This document shows, one piece after another, positions 21,101-28,100 of a stretch of DNA of 36,105 bases. Source of the DNA: a virus. Lineage: Duplodnaviria; Caudoviricetes. A model generated the notes under the pieces. It did no database searches. It saw nothing but the letters and a program-made list of their open reading frames with translations, and was not told the origin of the DNA. Every line of letters begins with the position of its first letter. Positions within the stretch are counted from its first letter, which is position 1. The stretch spans positions 1 through 36,105 of the IMG/VR virus record IMGVR_UViG_3300037634_005834; one strand, 5' to 3'. The translations under genes and the position numbers were made by a program.

Positions 21101-21348
21101 GAGCCATCATAAGGATAGTAACCCTGAATTCTCTCTATTGCGCCTTTGTAATAAAGATATGCCGATCCATATTTGGCAAAATTCGCTGGGTCTGCCCAAT
21201 TAATTTGAGGAACGAAGGCTTCCTGTTGTCCCGCAATGGCCCTTACATTACGACCACTCTCCGCATCAACAAACGCATCTTTCTGTGTGGTATCAGAAAG
21301 ATAATTTCTCTTCTTGTCAGAAGCACCAAAAAGCTTTTTAATACTCAT
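12139..21348 (-). CDS. Giant baseplate wedge protein (T4 gp7/P2 gpI-like motif) with LamG/concanavalin A-like domains, 3069 aa
   Basis: LamG-like motifs GVTVEFWLK...FQHYAIK...KLYVNG...SIDEFRFWK...LGVYYKFNEG...VLDYSG (about 20100-20750), and a second degenerate copy ending FSGVRYWTKYL...LALNWNFD (about 18560-19290). Wedge motif NIYKNKGTERSIRNILRCF at about 19525-19580. It lies downstream of the gp25- and gp6-like genes. Confidence 0.75.
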   Translation of the reverse strand: MSIKKLFGASDKKRNYLSDTTQKDAFVDAESGRNVRAIAGQQEAFVPQINWADPANFAKYGSAYLYYKGAIERIQGYYPYDGSDAEINEFYNNLLDIEKYIFNDLYPRTNGYVLLSADGWGSRVGSLADGYGLSDTLEYITFYGGPHSSSYGVLADAFNNPHNDKYQSANLYQTNVYQPEGLPTDYGVGTRESNLKSDFDAGVTVEFWLKKSAFTNAKTSKEVILDVWNNELSSAADYGRITIELTGAATGSPFRITAQSGTSGIFQQSIGTGLTTGTLNTFQHYAIKLENSGTNTFRTKLYVNGYLNDTNLRAGSLNELKSTNMVGRIGALLTPPSGTSTVATAGKLSASIDEFRFWKVGRSSKEIGRNWFTNVWGGANTDISNTTLGVYYKFNEGITLSASIDSSVLDYSGRISNGAWTGYGSNSRNTESAIVLAGAATKEYKDPIIYSVNPDVALLKTNLLNSGTYHDASNNNSFVSLIPTWIREDDEGDLSELNKITHIAGAYFDKLWLQIEALPKFKSPAYTSSSYKPLPFSQHLPQSLGLYMPELFVDADVSEKFLNRDSTSLFEGDLNDTKNQIYLNIYNNLANIYKNKGTERSIRNILRCFNLDDRLIKLSVYSNNNTYPLQNNLQQTLVSKNSLNFNNVDNTTAVVFQYPDASNPQSSGYISGSSGASVTAVEDPYGMTTEADVTFPSYNEADDPVNRDFLTTSLFGMHQANTTDPTNTTYAPSDSANFQVFAVKPEVNSKNVYFKLTSSVTPFPIPTLTSSLFFDVYDNDRWNLSVRIKPSNYPVARTVTGSNVYNYDVIFRGINTLLGSVQDSFVVSGTMTQAVGSNFLRAPKRVYAGAQRTNITGAILQKSDAWFSGVRYWTKYLKDAALDQHMADINNAGISGSYQSISPLESGSAGEELSNWNTLALNWNFDNVTGSDATGNFYVTDISSGSSTLRDNYGWLGKISGYQHTGYGYGFATSSTSVIDNRLVNSFKFVDPEMPTSTEMIRILSEDEKVFGLPVSQTVPDFFYVLEKSLYGAISEEMLTFFAGVIDFNNLIGEPVNRYRERYKMLEHLREIFFRRVTTVTDVEKYITYYKWFDDALTEIISQLIPVSSGFVPDVLNTIESHVLERNKYRSIFPTLGTLSPFEVAATPILGINELTYNWRLNHHPVSNLEKENSQWWLERPLRQTPAISSGDGDIDCNRNNIKFTKGSVNEQSAAILTSYVGGVRTTYNESTFVLNKLAAPYKLQVLRRQEYGGGVNFTDTKNIHFTYNALYPAGPIFITGSETIPENVLVFFAKDIEPLPDTTDVTSPPELKKTNRVFKVNHGRDWQDGLGYSNTDSTYALPFNILSSSVVSGYNKEVVDNITDSIEITNLHNDVYGPEMEVPMQGAFTNFAVGGHQSRHIPLNTGTDNYTNRPEAWKLLLGTITGSTPDVTGALGMVGADYPFPNTASYPSTVNQKAVYYRGFVAKRPVNIRNIKSTTGSVLGNYTNNWQVVSTVGAYSNPRHFVDNQPSLPAQITETPSASQARSILDVHRTDQGHFQFIPDYSVAYLTGTTNKSVIIGRFAAPGGIDTMGIGYSDIRAAELSVYNTLSYRNWAVLRPLQAPSGSTSEAVGEGTTGIRVSDIHGQDFGLNAHCARHAARFGRDSLSVTNPGASYDQLPAMFKVNRNRRPYMVDGGLGTFATSSKYDNFYVQHQIPRNDRQYSWVTNSLAPDSNSITYYGMAPVYGPLRGLRSSSTDGYVAYFNYVTESQVTIYKAVTLAALGPKQPTFPLNILIHDPVDDVVGSPNTLGYSLSTKTDPSTSENIYLNRTFLNKYLVNRDYSELETNYFNLLMTQRGNTYGWNWKSARNADHPVLLKHKKENILTVANRSTHPTTINSYRLPPVSTRGRTVAMNLNVAGENVSLQTTYNNDRIHFNEAALNNLQYPTTKINRTPFNQIVRLVNNNGFYAFNWIHYTENLFPSERNAYLSRSLERTGFDNKFWRNTNTDRVDLGANTANSFNISVSQSCWPLDAQEDFLTRTGPVLLDTGSPFIDLISGGKAGELQNNYVLIHTGAAGGAANSRQSLRPGALYARKQLLQSPLSVVSPSGIPIPETASLSNPFSDPIQIYAGEALWEAGTQAGIVTVDTDTLDAFGNPAATFEASASAPWFNSYADFKADLKLMAKDYSIIPEFRISEHVGQYINYGLLNRGKSNTFEIPGTNINSTTASFYKDYSNSEFMNRFSNIADATDLDPQEIRLVCKAAIRFNPYKGFYPAQRTLDLITQFSKSYGKGFVSDYTGGPSRRNNAGLRPLMQPLFAPGVLYNSIKSGIAVDYPVLTSPEKLGKNYFGAYGTNNWMISAANTASIFAGTVGYTGGKYWDYRVPFEAIIKPQKYLPNIEFIDMEPHPSASLNVTASWNGAVGDRLYPLMAENFFGQVGSFFLKQGNFSRLESNMIATQHQSPVFEANSVYGARLKIYRSTRGMRTYENEYGGDGTNAAFGMFGAKVLLTQSGEPTQNAFGEGVFPLPQDPQHNPNFQESFTMYSRTTAFGPPVTGRRIGPAAANLETTTGSADSLNGFNWSFTPPYYNGEAWLDLIFRPSKGTTYDTVESILSEIKTVYWRCDPGMSASTPGAARPINLGYTGSQLIYSYPTNSAGTLPQIPYDGNNVNKNAMQINSSINCFGVENVYKRESQSGRPPILTNEIIGKKWVIQPKWETPMLNFNNRGVHPISASEGTLTLPESFGTESVPRGMWHQFGVIPETADKGIFLEIGDIPINWLKNHYKVINRASRYNNFAPLAPASASHLYQNMKSLIGPTEESIFNFEQDTKRLGELAEKRVIREAVVAVPYILESVESPATAPTSVRTQRKRFITIPRERIKSATTVGSRDGDSLKAAGQSIRDLIQKMDRYVLPPQFDFLNNKDINPMAMYIFEFKYTLDRDDLSYIWQNLAPREYQKIRLKSSQIAHKLGDSEILAAKNLMDNDNLRWMVFKVKQRATTQYSDLVVSSGRREPGPHAGATQETLLGDTQYKLGFNWPYDYLSVIELIKMDAEVLYKPARRLDIADEFQEPTDTSAGGDVTVKSDEL

Positions 21349-22879
21349 ATTGTTCCACTCTAAACTTAAACACTCCTGGTTGCTCCACCCACGATACTAA
21401 CGCAGTGTCATAAAAAGCAAATTTAAGTGCATAAGCATACCCGGGTTCAAGTAACTTCATATCAAAATCAAAATAATTGCCCGATACATCATACGACATT
21501 TGAGTACTTAAATCTGAACCTGTTCCATATGGTATTGCTTCGTAGGCATCCATAACTCTAAATACCCGATAAGACGCACTCAATATTGTCGTGCTTTGTG
21601 GCGTTGTGTTCGCTACTGTATAAATAGTTGGCTCCCAATTTTTATTTCTAATGTATAAATTGAACCGAGCGGTTTCGTTGCTCCGATATTTACCTTGTAG
21701 ATTTGTAATATTCATATAGTATGTTGGGCTAGCAACAGTTTGGGCGCCTCGAAGCACAATGGGGGTGATCGAGCCCGTAGAATATTGAGTAGAGCCAGTA
21801 TGCCATACATCATACAAAGTAGTGAGAGGGGTGGCCGCGGCGGTAATGGCCATAGATGCTGTATAAATACCCGTTGATTTATAGCCACCCGTAATGTTTG
21901 TATTTCCATCATACAGCGTCAACTTTGAACCACTTGGGGTGGAATTGTCCACAGAACCCGAATATAAGCTAACTAAAATTCTCCCGGTACCTACGCCTGG
22001 GATATTTGTAAGCCTTCCGCGGACGTAGTTATAGAGGTAAATAACGTTTAAATTATCAGCAGCAGGAGCCAATGAACTACTATAATAAAAGTTACCTCGA
22101 TCATCTTTTACTGTTGAATCCCAGCGAGCCTCAATTGTAGGGCATTTAAAGAAGAATTGCGAGCCGCGGGCGAAAAAGCGTTTTGTGTAATAAGATCTTG
22201 TGGAGCCGGTATCGTTCTGTATCAAGCTGGCGCTATTTTGTCCGGTTGAACTAGAAAAATAGGCTTCGTAACTAGAAGACAGGCGGATCCCCACTCCATA
22301 ATTTTCAAATTTGCTGCCGGCGGATCCAGTGATCCAATCCTCAACCAATTGCGTAATATTAATTTCTATATCTTCTAAGCCCGTACTAAATGATTGAGTA
22401 TAAATGGCAGAAATGGATTCGTCAACGTAATCTCCACCCACGGTTGTCCATGCGGCGGTGTCCGATGCGCTCATCCAGTTGGCGCCAGTATTTCCTTTTG
22501 TCAAATCTTTATATGTCTCTAAATCAAGCCCGACGCCCTCTTGCCATGACTGCGAAACTGGCTGTACTACTAATTTATAATCTACAGGAACTGTTTTAGA
22601 ATGCTCGGCATTATACAGTCTCAAATAAAAACTAACACTTCCACTAGCGGGAATTCGGCCGGCTGTACGATCTGTCACTATTGATGTTACAGGAAACTTA
22701 GTAAGAATTCGCGAAAGCTCTTGAGAACTTGCTGTGGGGAGGGCGCGCCCATAAATTGAGAAAACCTCTGATACGTCTGCAAGTCCCATATTTGCGCCGG
22801 TGCCGCGGGTAACGAGGCCCGGCTGATAAGCGTTAACAATTGTAGTATCTGCGTCTGCTTTATATCTCTTTATAGCCAT
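21338..22879 (-). CDS. DNRLRE/disaggregatase-related-domain virion protein (baseplate-associated)
   Basis: 513 aa. Motif series ADTTI...N.G...SRIL.KF...LRLY...VQPVSQSWQEG...NW...W...GGDY...INITQLVEDW...NYGVGIR...F..R...PTIEARW is typical of DNRLRE-like domains; an Ig-like C-terminal part follows. Confidence 0.7.
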   Translation of the reverse strand: MAIKRYKADADTTIVNAYQPGLVTRGTGANMGLADVSEVFSIYGRALPTASSQELSRILTKFPVTSIVTDRTAGRIPASGSVSFYLRLYNAEHSKTVPVDYKLVVQPVSQSWQEGVGLDLETYKDLTKGNTGANWMSASDTAAWTTVGGDYVDESISAIYTQSFSTGLEDIEINITQLVEDWITGSAGSKFENYGVGIRLSSSYEAYFSSSTGQNSASLIQNDTGSTRSYYTKRFFARGSQFFFKCPTIEARWDSTVKDDRGNFYYSSSLAPAADNLNVIYLYNYVRGRLTNIPGVGTGRILVSLYSGSVDNSTPSGSKLTLYDGNTNITGGYKSTGIYTASMAITAAATPLTTLYDVWHTGSTQYSTGSITPIVLRGAQTVASPTYYMNITNLQGKYRSNETARFNLYIRNKNWEPTIYTVANTTPQSTTILSASYRVFRVMDAYEAIPYGTGSDLSTQMSYDVSGNYFDFDMKLLEPGYAYALKFAFYDTALVSWVEQPGVFKFRVEQYEY

Positions 22880-24675
22880 TAGACAATTTTTCCTTTAATG
22901 TCCACTAAGGGAAATTTTATTTGAAAAATACAATTATTGGGACAAATTACATAACTTCCATCCGGAGAAAGGTTGGAGTTCACATCGAATTCGGTGGCGG
23001 CATATTGCGCCCCTATCTTATTAGTTATTTTAACATTTGTAACATCTAAAATTCCAGTAACCTTGTTTAATTCACTGTAAATATCACTTATATATAGAGG
23101 CTCGCCAATATAAAATTTTGTTTGAAATTTCGCCTGGAGCGTCACAATGGCCGCATCCAATAATGAATATTTATCGGCTCCCAATTGTGGGCGGATTTGA
23201 AATTGAATTCCGAGATCAATGACGTAGGCATCCAAAATGTCAAGCGTATCGTTCATCATTCTATAATCGTTCATCCAAGTTTTTAAATTATTTTTAATAG
23301 TTGAATTAGTTGTCGTCAGTTTTCCAAACTTATCTTCAGAAATTACATACATATTAAGGTTTCTTTTCGTGTTGCTCTGATCTCGCTGCATCGAACATCT
23401 CCAAATAGAACCATATTTAGCTGGCATTCTATAGGCAACGTTTTCATAGTCTGCTTGCGTAACTGCTCGATTCTGTGATGGGAAGGTATCAAACACTCTT
23501 AATTTAAGTTCACTGGTTGTCAAATTCGACACATCGCCAGTAATGGGCAGTTCATTGGAAATTTCCAAAGATGCTACAACGGTATTAATCGTTGACGTGG
23601 TAAGTGTATCTCTATTTTTAAATTCCATATATGAATTTGCAACATTTTTTAATGAGCCGGCGGAAACATTGGAATTTAATGGGTTTGTGGCACGATAGGT
23701 AACAAACAAAGTCGTATTTTGAGGAACGGTACCAAAATTATGATTTTTAGAAAGTCTTGTGGGATCAAAAGTCGTATCAGATACGTATGATTTACCAAAT
23801 ATATCGGCTGCAACCGTTTGGGGTTCGGCCACAACATCAGATGCTGTAGCATCACCGCTTCCAAATTGTAAAAAAGCCCCGTTACGCGAGCGATCCACCA
23901 CAAACTTTCTAGAAACCAAATAAGGCTTCAAAACCGATGGAACGTTATCATTTTTAAAATTATTATTTGACATTTCTTTGTATACCATATCCTGGGCCAA
24001 ATAATCTACCTCAAAATATTCATTGCCCTCGGAGTCTACAACTGAAATAATTTCAGATATATTGGGATCGGACAACCGAATTCTCTTAAAAGACTGATAA
24101 GACCCCACTACAATCTCTTCTCGATTAAAGCGTCCGGACACAACCTTTCCATATGCCTTGATAGCAAACTGGAGTGGGGAGCCCGTGGCAGCGTCGGTGG
24201 TGGCCACAACAACAGGATTTTTTGGATCGCTAAAATCTACATTTTCTGTTAAAACAAAGTTCAAGCCGTTAGTGGAAGTAAATTTTGAGCCGCGCTTTAA
24301 GAGGGGAATATAATTTGTATCGGGCCCCAGCGCCGTAGAAGATGCCGGCACCATCACAAAAAGAGCAACTTCGCCAAAGGTTGATGGGCGCCCTTGTGGC
24401 TTGTATCCTAAAATTTGACCATGGCGCAACACATTGTTATATTCGTAAGCAGTATCCATAAACGTTTCATTAACATTATAATCTAAGTAAAAGGATAATT
24501 GATCTCCAACAGTCGCAACGGCATCTAACACTAACGAGCCAAAAGAGGCCGCGCTGAAATCTTGAAAAGTTTCGGGATAGAGCCTTTCTGCAATGCCCAT
24601 TAGCTCCGAACGAATACTCGTAAAATCTCTAGCTGTATAATTAATCGGTTGTATTTTTTTCTGTTCGTCTGCCAT
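22879..24675 (-). CDS. Baseplate wedge subunit, T4 gp6 / baseplate J-like
   Basis: 598 aa. Motifs INYTARDFTSIRSEL, DFSAASFGSLVLDAVATVGDQLSFYLD, NETFMDTA, LGYKP and SQNRAVTQADYE. It follows the gp25-like gene and has SD GAGGT. Confidence 0.9.
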   Translation of the reverse strand: MADEQKKIQPINYTARDFTSIRSELMGIAERLYPETFQDFSAASFGSLVLDAVATVGDQLSFYLDYNVNETFMDTAYEYNNVLRHGQILGYKPQGRPSTFGEVALFVMVPASSTALGPDTNYIPLLKRGSKFTSTNGLNFVLTENVDFSDPKNPVVVATTDAATGSPLQFAIKAYGKVVSGRFNREEIVVGSYQSFKRIRLSDPNISEIISVVDSEGNEYFEVDYLAQDMVYKEMSNNNFKNDNVPSVLKPYLVSRKFVVDRSRNGAFLQFGSGDATASDVVAEPQTVAADIFGKSYVSDTTFDPTRLSKNHNFGTVPQNTTLFVTYRATNPLNSNVSAGSLKNVANSYMEFKNRDTLTTSTINTVVASLEISNELPITGDVSNLTTSELKLRVFDTFPSQNRAVTQADYENVAYRMPAKYGSIWRCSMQRDQSNTKRNLNMYVISEDKFGKLTTTNSTIKNNLKTWMNDYRMMNDTLDILDAYVIDLGIQFQIRPQLGADKYSLLDAAIVTLQAKFQTKFYIGEPLYISDIYSELNKVTGILDVTNVKITNKIGAQYAATEFDVNSNLSPDGSYVICPNNCIFQIKFPLVDIKGKIV

Positions 24676-24688
24676 CTTTGAGTACCTC

Positions 24689-25084
24689 TTAAAGTGTAAA
24701 TTCTAATATATCGCGCACATTTATATTGGGTATTGAGTATTCAATTGCCATAGCTAGTTTACTAAAATCCTGTTCGCCGGCATTAAATGTAATGTTGTCT
24801 ATTCGAACAGAAGGTAAGTGGCGTGTAACTTGCTCTCTTATTTTAAAATCTATTTCAGAATACACGGTGCTATCAAACCTTCTAAATAAAAATTGCTGCA
24901 TGCCAACACCAAAGAGCGGCATCATCACCCTTTCCCCAGGATTAGTTAACAAAATCATTTTTAAGTTTTGTTTAACGAGTGTTGGCAGTGATTGTATTAA
25001 GTTCCACCCATTGGCTGAATCGTGAGCCAGGGGAAGGCCGACGCCCAATGCAATAGCGCCACCACGACTTTCAAAATTACTCAT
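24689..25084 (-). CDS. Baseplate wedge/sheath-initiator protein, gp25/GPW-like
   Basis: 131 aa. VKQNLKMILLTNPGERVMMPLFGVGMQQFLF is the canonical gp25 L.T..GER...P.FG motif. Confidence 0.92.
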   Translation of the reverse strand: MSNFESRGGAIALGVGLPLAHDSANGWNLIQSLPTLVKQNLKMILLTNPGERVMMPLFGVGMQQFLFRRFDSTVYSEIDFKIREQVTRHLPSVRIDNITFNAGEQDFSKLAMAIEYSIPNINVRDILEFTL

Positions 25085-25100
25085 TTTTGTGTTACCTTGT

Positions 25101-25109
25101 TATAAATAT
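25101..25109 (-). promoter_or_regulatory. ATATTTATA candidate late-promoter core
   Basis: Located in the short intergenic gap upstream of SD AAGGT and the gp25-like ATG. Confidence 0.45.
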
Positions 25110-25111
25110 GA

Positions 25112-28100
25112 TCAATCTTCATTTTCGCACAATTCTCCTTCCGCATTAAATGGATTAGAGCGTAATTTTCGTCTTCTCCACCATGGCAAAATTCCCATGC
25201 CGGGGCTGGGAGAGATTCTTTCTTTCAGTTCTGCCAAGAAAGCGGCGCCGGGCTGCTCGCCTTTACCAAATGTACCCCATTTCCGGGAATTGTAATAAGA
25301 CTTAAATAATCTTTTAACTCGTCGTTTGGATTTGGTCAAAAGATCTTTGTCCCATTCATCATAAGTTCTATATCCGTGGAGGCCGTTGATCGTTCGGTCC
25401 TCAATCGACGCCCAGCCTGGAGTACCCCACACCCTAACATCGTCTACATACGTCTTATCGTCCTCTTTAACAACGTCCACTGCCATATAGCGGCCTGGTT
25501 TGTCCTCGACAGATCCTACCAATGCCAACGCCGCTGCGGTTTTCGCCCAAGTGGCGCCAGTCATGGCTGTTACTTCGCCAATAGACTCCAAAAACGACAT
25601 GTCGTTATAAATTGCGGTGACTGCCGTTATTTTAGAAAGTGGAAAAATATATTTAGATATCAACTTGAACTTTCCGTCTTCTTTAAGATTGTTAATTAGA
25701 CACAAAAGCAATTTGCTATTTGCTTCAAGAGTCTTAAATTCCCCAAGAGGTAAATCAAGTGCGTCGACCTCTGCTGACGTTATCTCATACTTAGAGCCAT
25801 TGATTATCATAGAAAACATCAAACCATATCGAACCCCAAGCTCCCCCTCCACTCCAACAACGTTACCCTCCGAATCTTGAAGTAGCTCCATATCGCCCGG
25901 ATATACGTCTGAAATATTTTGGCTCAAATTTTCGTTGCTGAGTATTTCGTCTGTCGCGACTTCGGGCTCTAAAATCCGATCACCAATTCTAATATATTTC
26001 TCCACCCCAAAAAGGCGTGTGTCGCCCGATATCGGAATGGCGCCATATGATGCAACGTCACCTATATCAATGCTAGTTTGGTTAACAAGCGGAACCAACA
26101 CATCGTGTGGATCTTCGCTGTGGTATTCTCCTGCCATAAACATTAGATTCCCATCTTCGTCAACATAAACGTGATAGTAGCCGATATATGCTTGGCCAAC
26201 ATAATATTCACTCTCGGGATTGTTAAGTTCATAGACAACAAACTCACCCCCATAAGTATAATATGGTTCATCGGGCGCAGGCTCGCTTGGAAGATTAGGA
26301 TAGGTGTATTTTATTTCATGATCAATATTGAGATCGTCACCACCTTGTGCAAGATTTTCAAGCAAGTAATAATCTAAGTCAAAAACATCAGGAGACATTT
26401 CAACAACATCAAGATTATCCACAAACTTCTTGCCCATGTAATTTAGTTGTTCAACTACCAATTCTTTTAAAATTAATTTAGCATCTTCTTCGGTTGCCTT
26501 AACTTCTTCTAAAACCTCATCACCCCGATATTTTTTTATGAAAAGGCGCCGGGTTTCGTGCTCCTCGCGGGCCTCGTCGTGCATTTTTTCTGTGGGTATC
26601 TGATAATCTTCCATCATATCGTTTAACCGAGTAATCGCACCAACGACGTGCATGGGCGCCTCAATATCGTCGGCTTCAAGGCGGCGGGAATACATCTGCA
26701 CAGATTGTTCTAGAAAAGCATACCAAAACTTCTCGTCCTTAAATGGGGTAAGGGCCTCTCCGCGGGACTGTGCATCCTTAAGAGTCGCTTCCATGTCTTC
26801 GACAATATAAGAAGCATATAGAGAACTAAAAACTTCTGGAAACTTGGGATAGAATTTTGTAAAGGTTGCCATAGATTTAATGAAATGGGTACTTGCATAA
26901 ATACGAATTGTTGCCATTATCAAACCTTGTAGGCCGGCGACAGCGGAGCGATCAAGAATCCGCGCATATGGCCACTCTTGCACACAATCTGGGTGCTGTA
27001 GGAGTCGCGGGTCTTGGGGGATGCTGGGATATACCTCGCTCATCTTTGCTTGAATTTGTTCAAAGTCAACCAAATCACTTTTTTGCGGCTTACACGGACT
27101 CAATTCCGGAAACAATACATCCACGAATCCAAGCCACCCCTTGTGCATAAGAGGCTTGATATATAAAGGTGGGCTCATATAATTACCACCATATGTTATG
27201 GGATCTAAATAATAAATACGATTTTCGCCCTCTTTGTCTCCATTTTTTATTAGCCATTCCATTTTACTAATACCTAAAATTTGATCTTGGTTTTGAATTG
27301 GTCGTGTGCCGCCGTCTTCGTCAGCCACTTCGGCTAGTCCATAAGAAGTACCACCAGGAGATTTGGTTTGGCCAGTGTCGACAACATATTCAACTTCGTC
27401 CCATTGCAAACTATCAAAATCTGCGCCATAATCAAAGGCCGGAGCATTTGTGGCCACTTCGTTAACAATCGTTTGTGTCATGGTGGTCATAAAATCATCA
27501 TAAAGATCTTTGATCTCAGATTGTCCCGTGGGGGCCCCGGCTTGCTGCAGCATTTCATAAAGCAATACAACGGGAGGACTATATTGTAACGCATCCTCAA
27601 ATGTACTCATAAACATAGGATATTCATTTAACGTTTCCGATCCCACTAGTTCCAGAGTGTCATCTCTCCCAATAAATTCATATTTCATATCTGTAATGAT
27701 GGCGTCCTCTTTGTCGGGATCCCTGCTTAATACATTGCGCATTTCGGGCAGCGCTAAAGCAGCCAACGTAACGTCCGTATTTGAAGCCTGGTTAAAGAAT
27801 TCATGAATTTTTATACGAGATGTATCACCAAAAACATTGTGAGGTGTTTCGGCTCCTCGCCGGCGAGGGTTAACCAAATCAGCATTAAAAAATTCTAACT
27901 GAAATCCCCAACTAAAATTCTCATCTCCCTCCACATTCACAAGAGGGGGAGGGGGCTCGTCGCCAAACAATACAGCGAGATCGGTGCCCCTCCGTTTAAG
28001 TCCCTTTGCATTATCTTCAAACAACAAAGATAAATCAGCGGTCTTTTTGCGGGCTTTTTTAATAAACGTTACATAACTGTCCTCGGGGCTAGTCACCCAC

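Noticed and set aside
25101-25108. Perfect T4 late promoter TATAAATA on the plus strand
   Set aside because: It points opposite to every gene. It is simply the reverse complement of the TATTTATA core on the coding strand.
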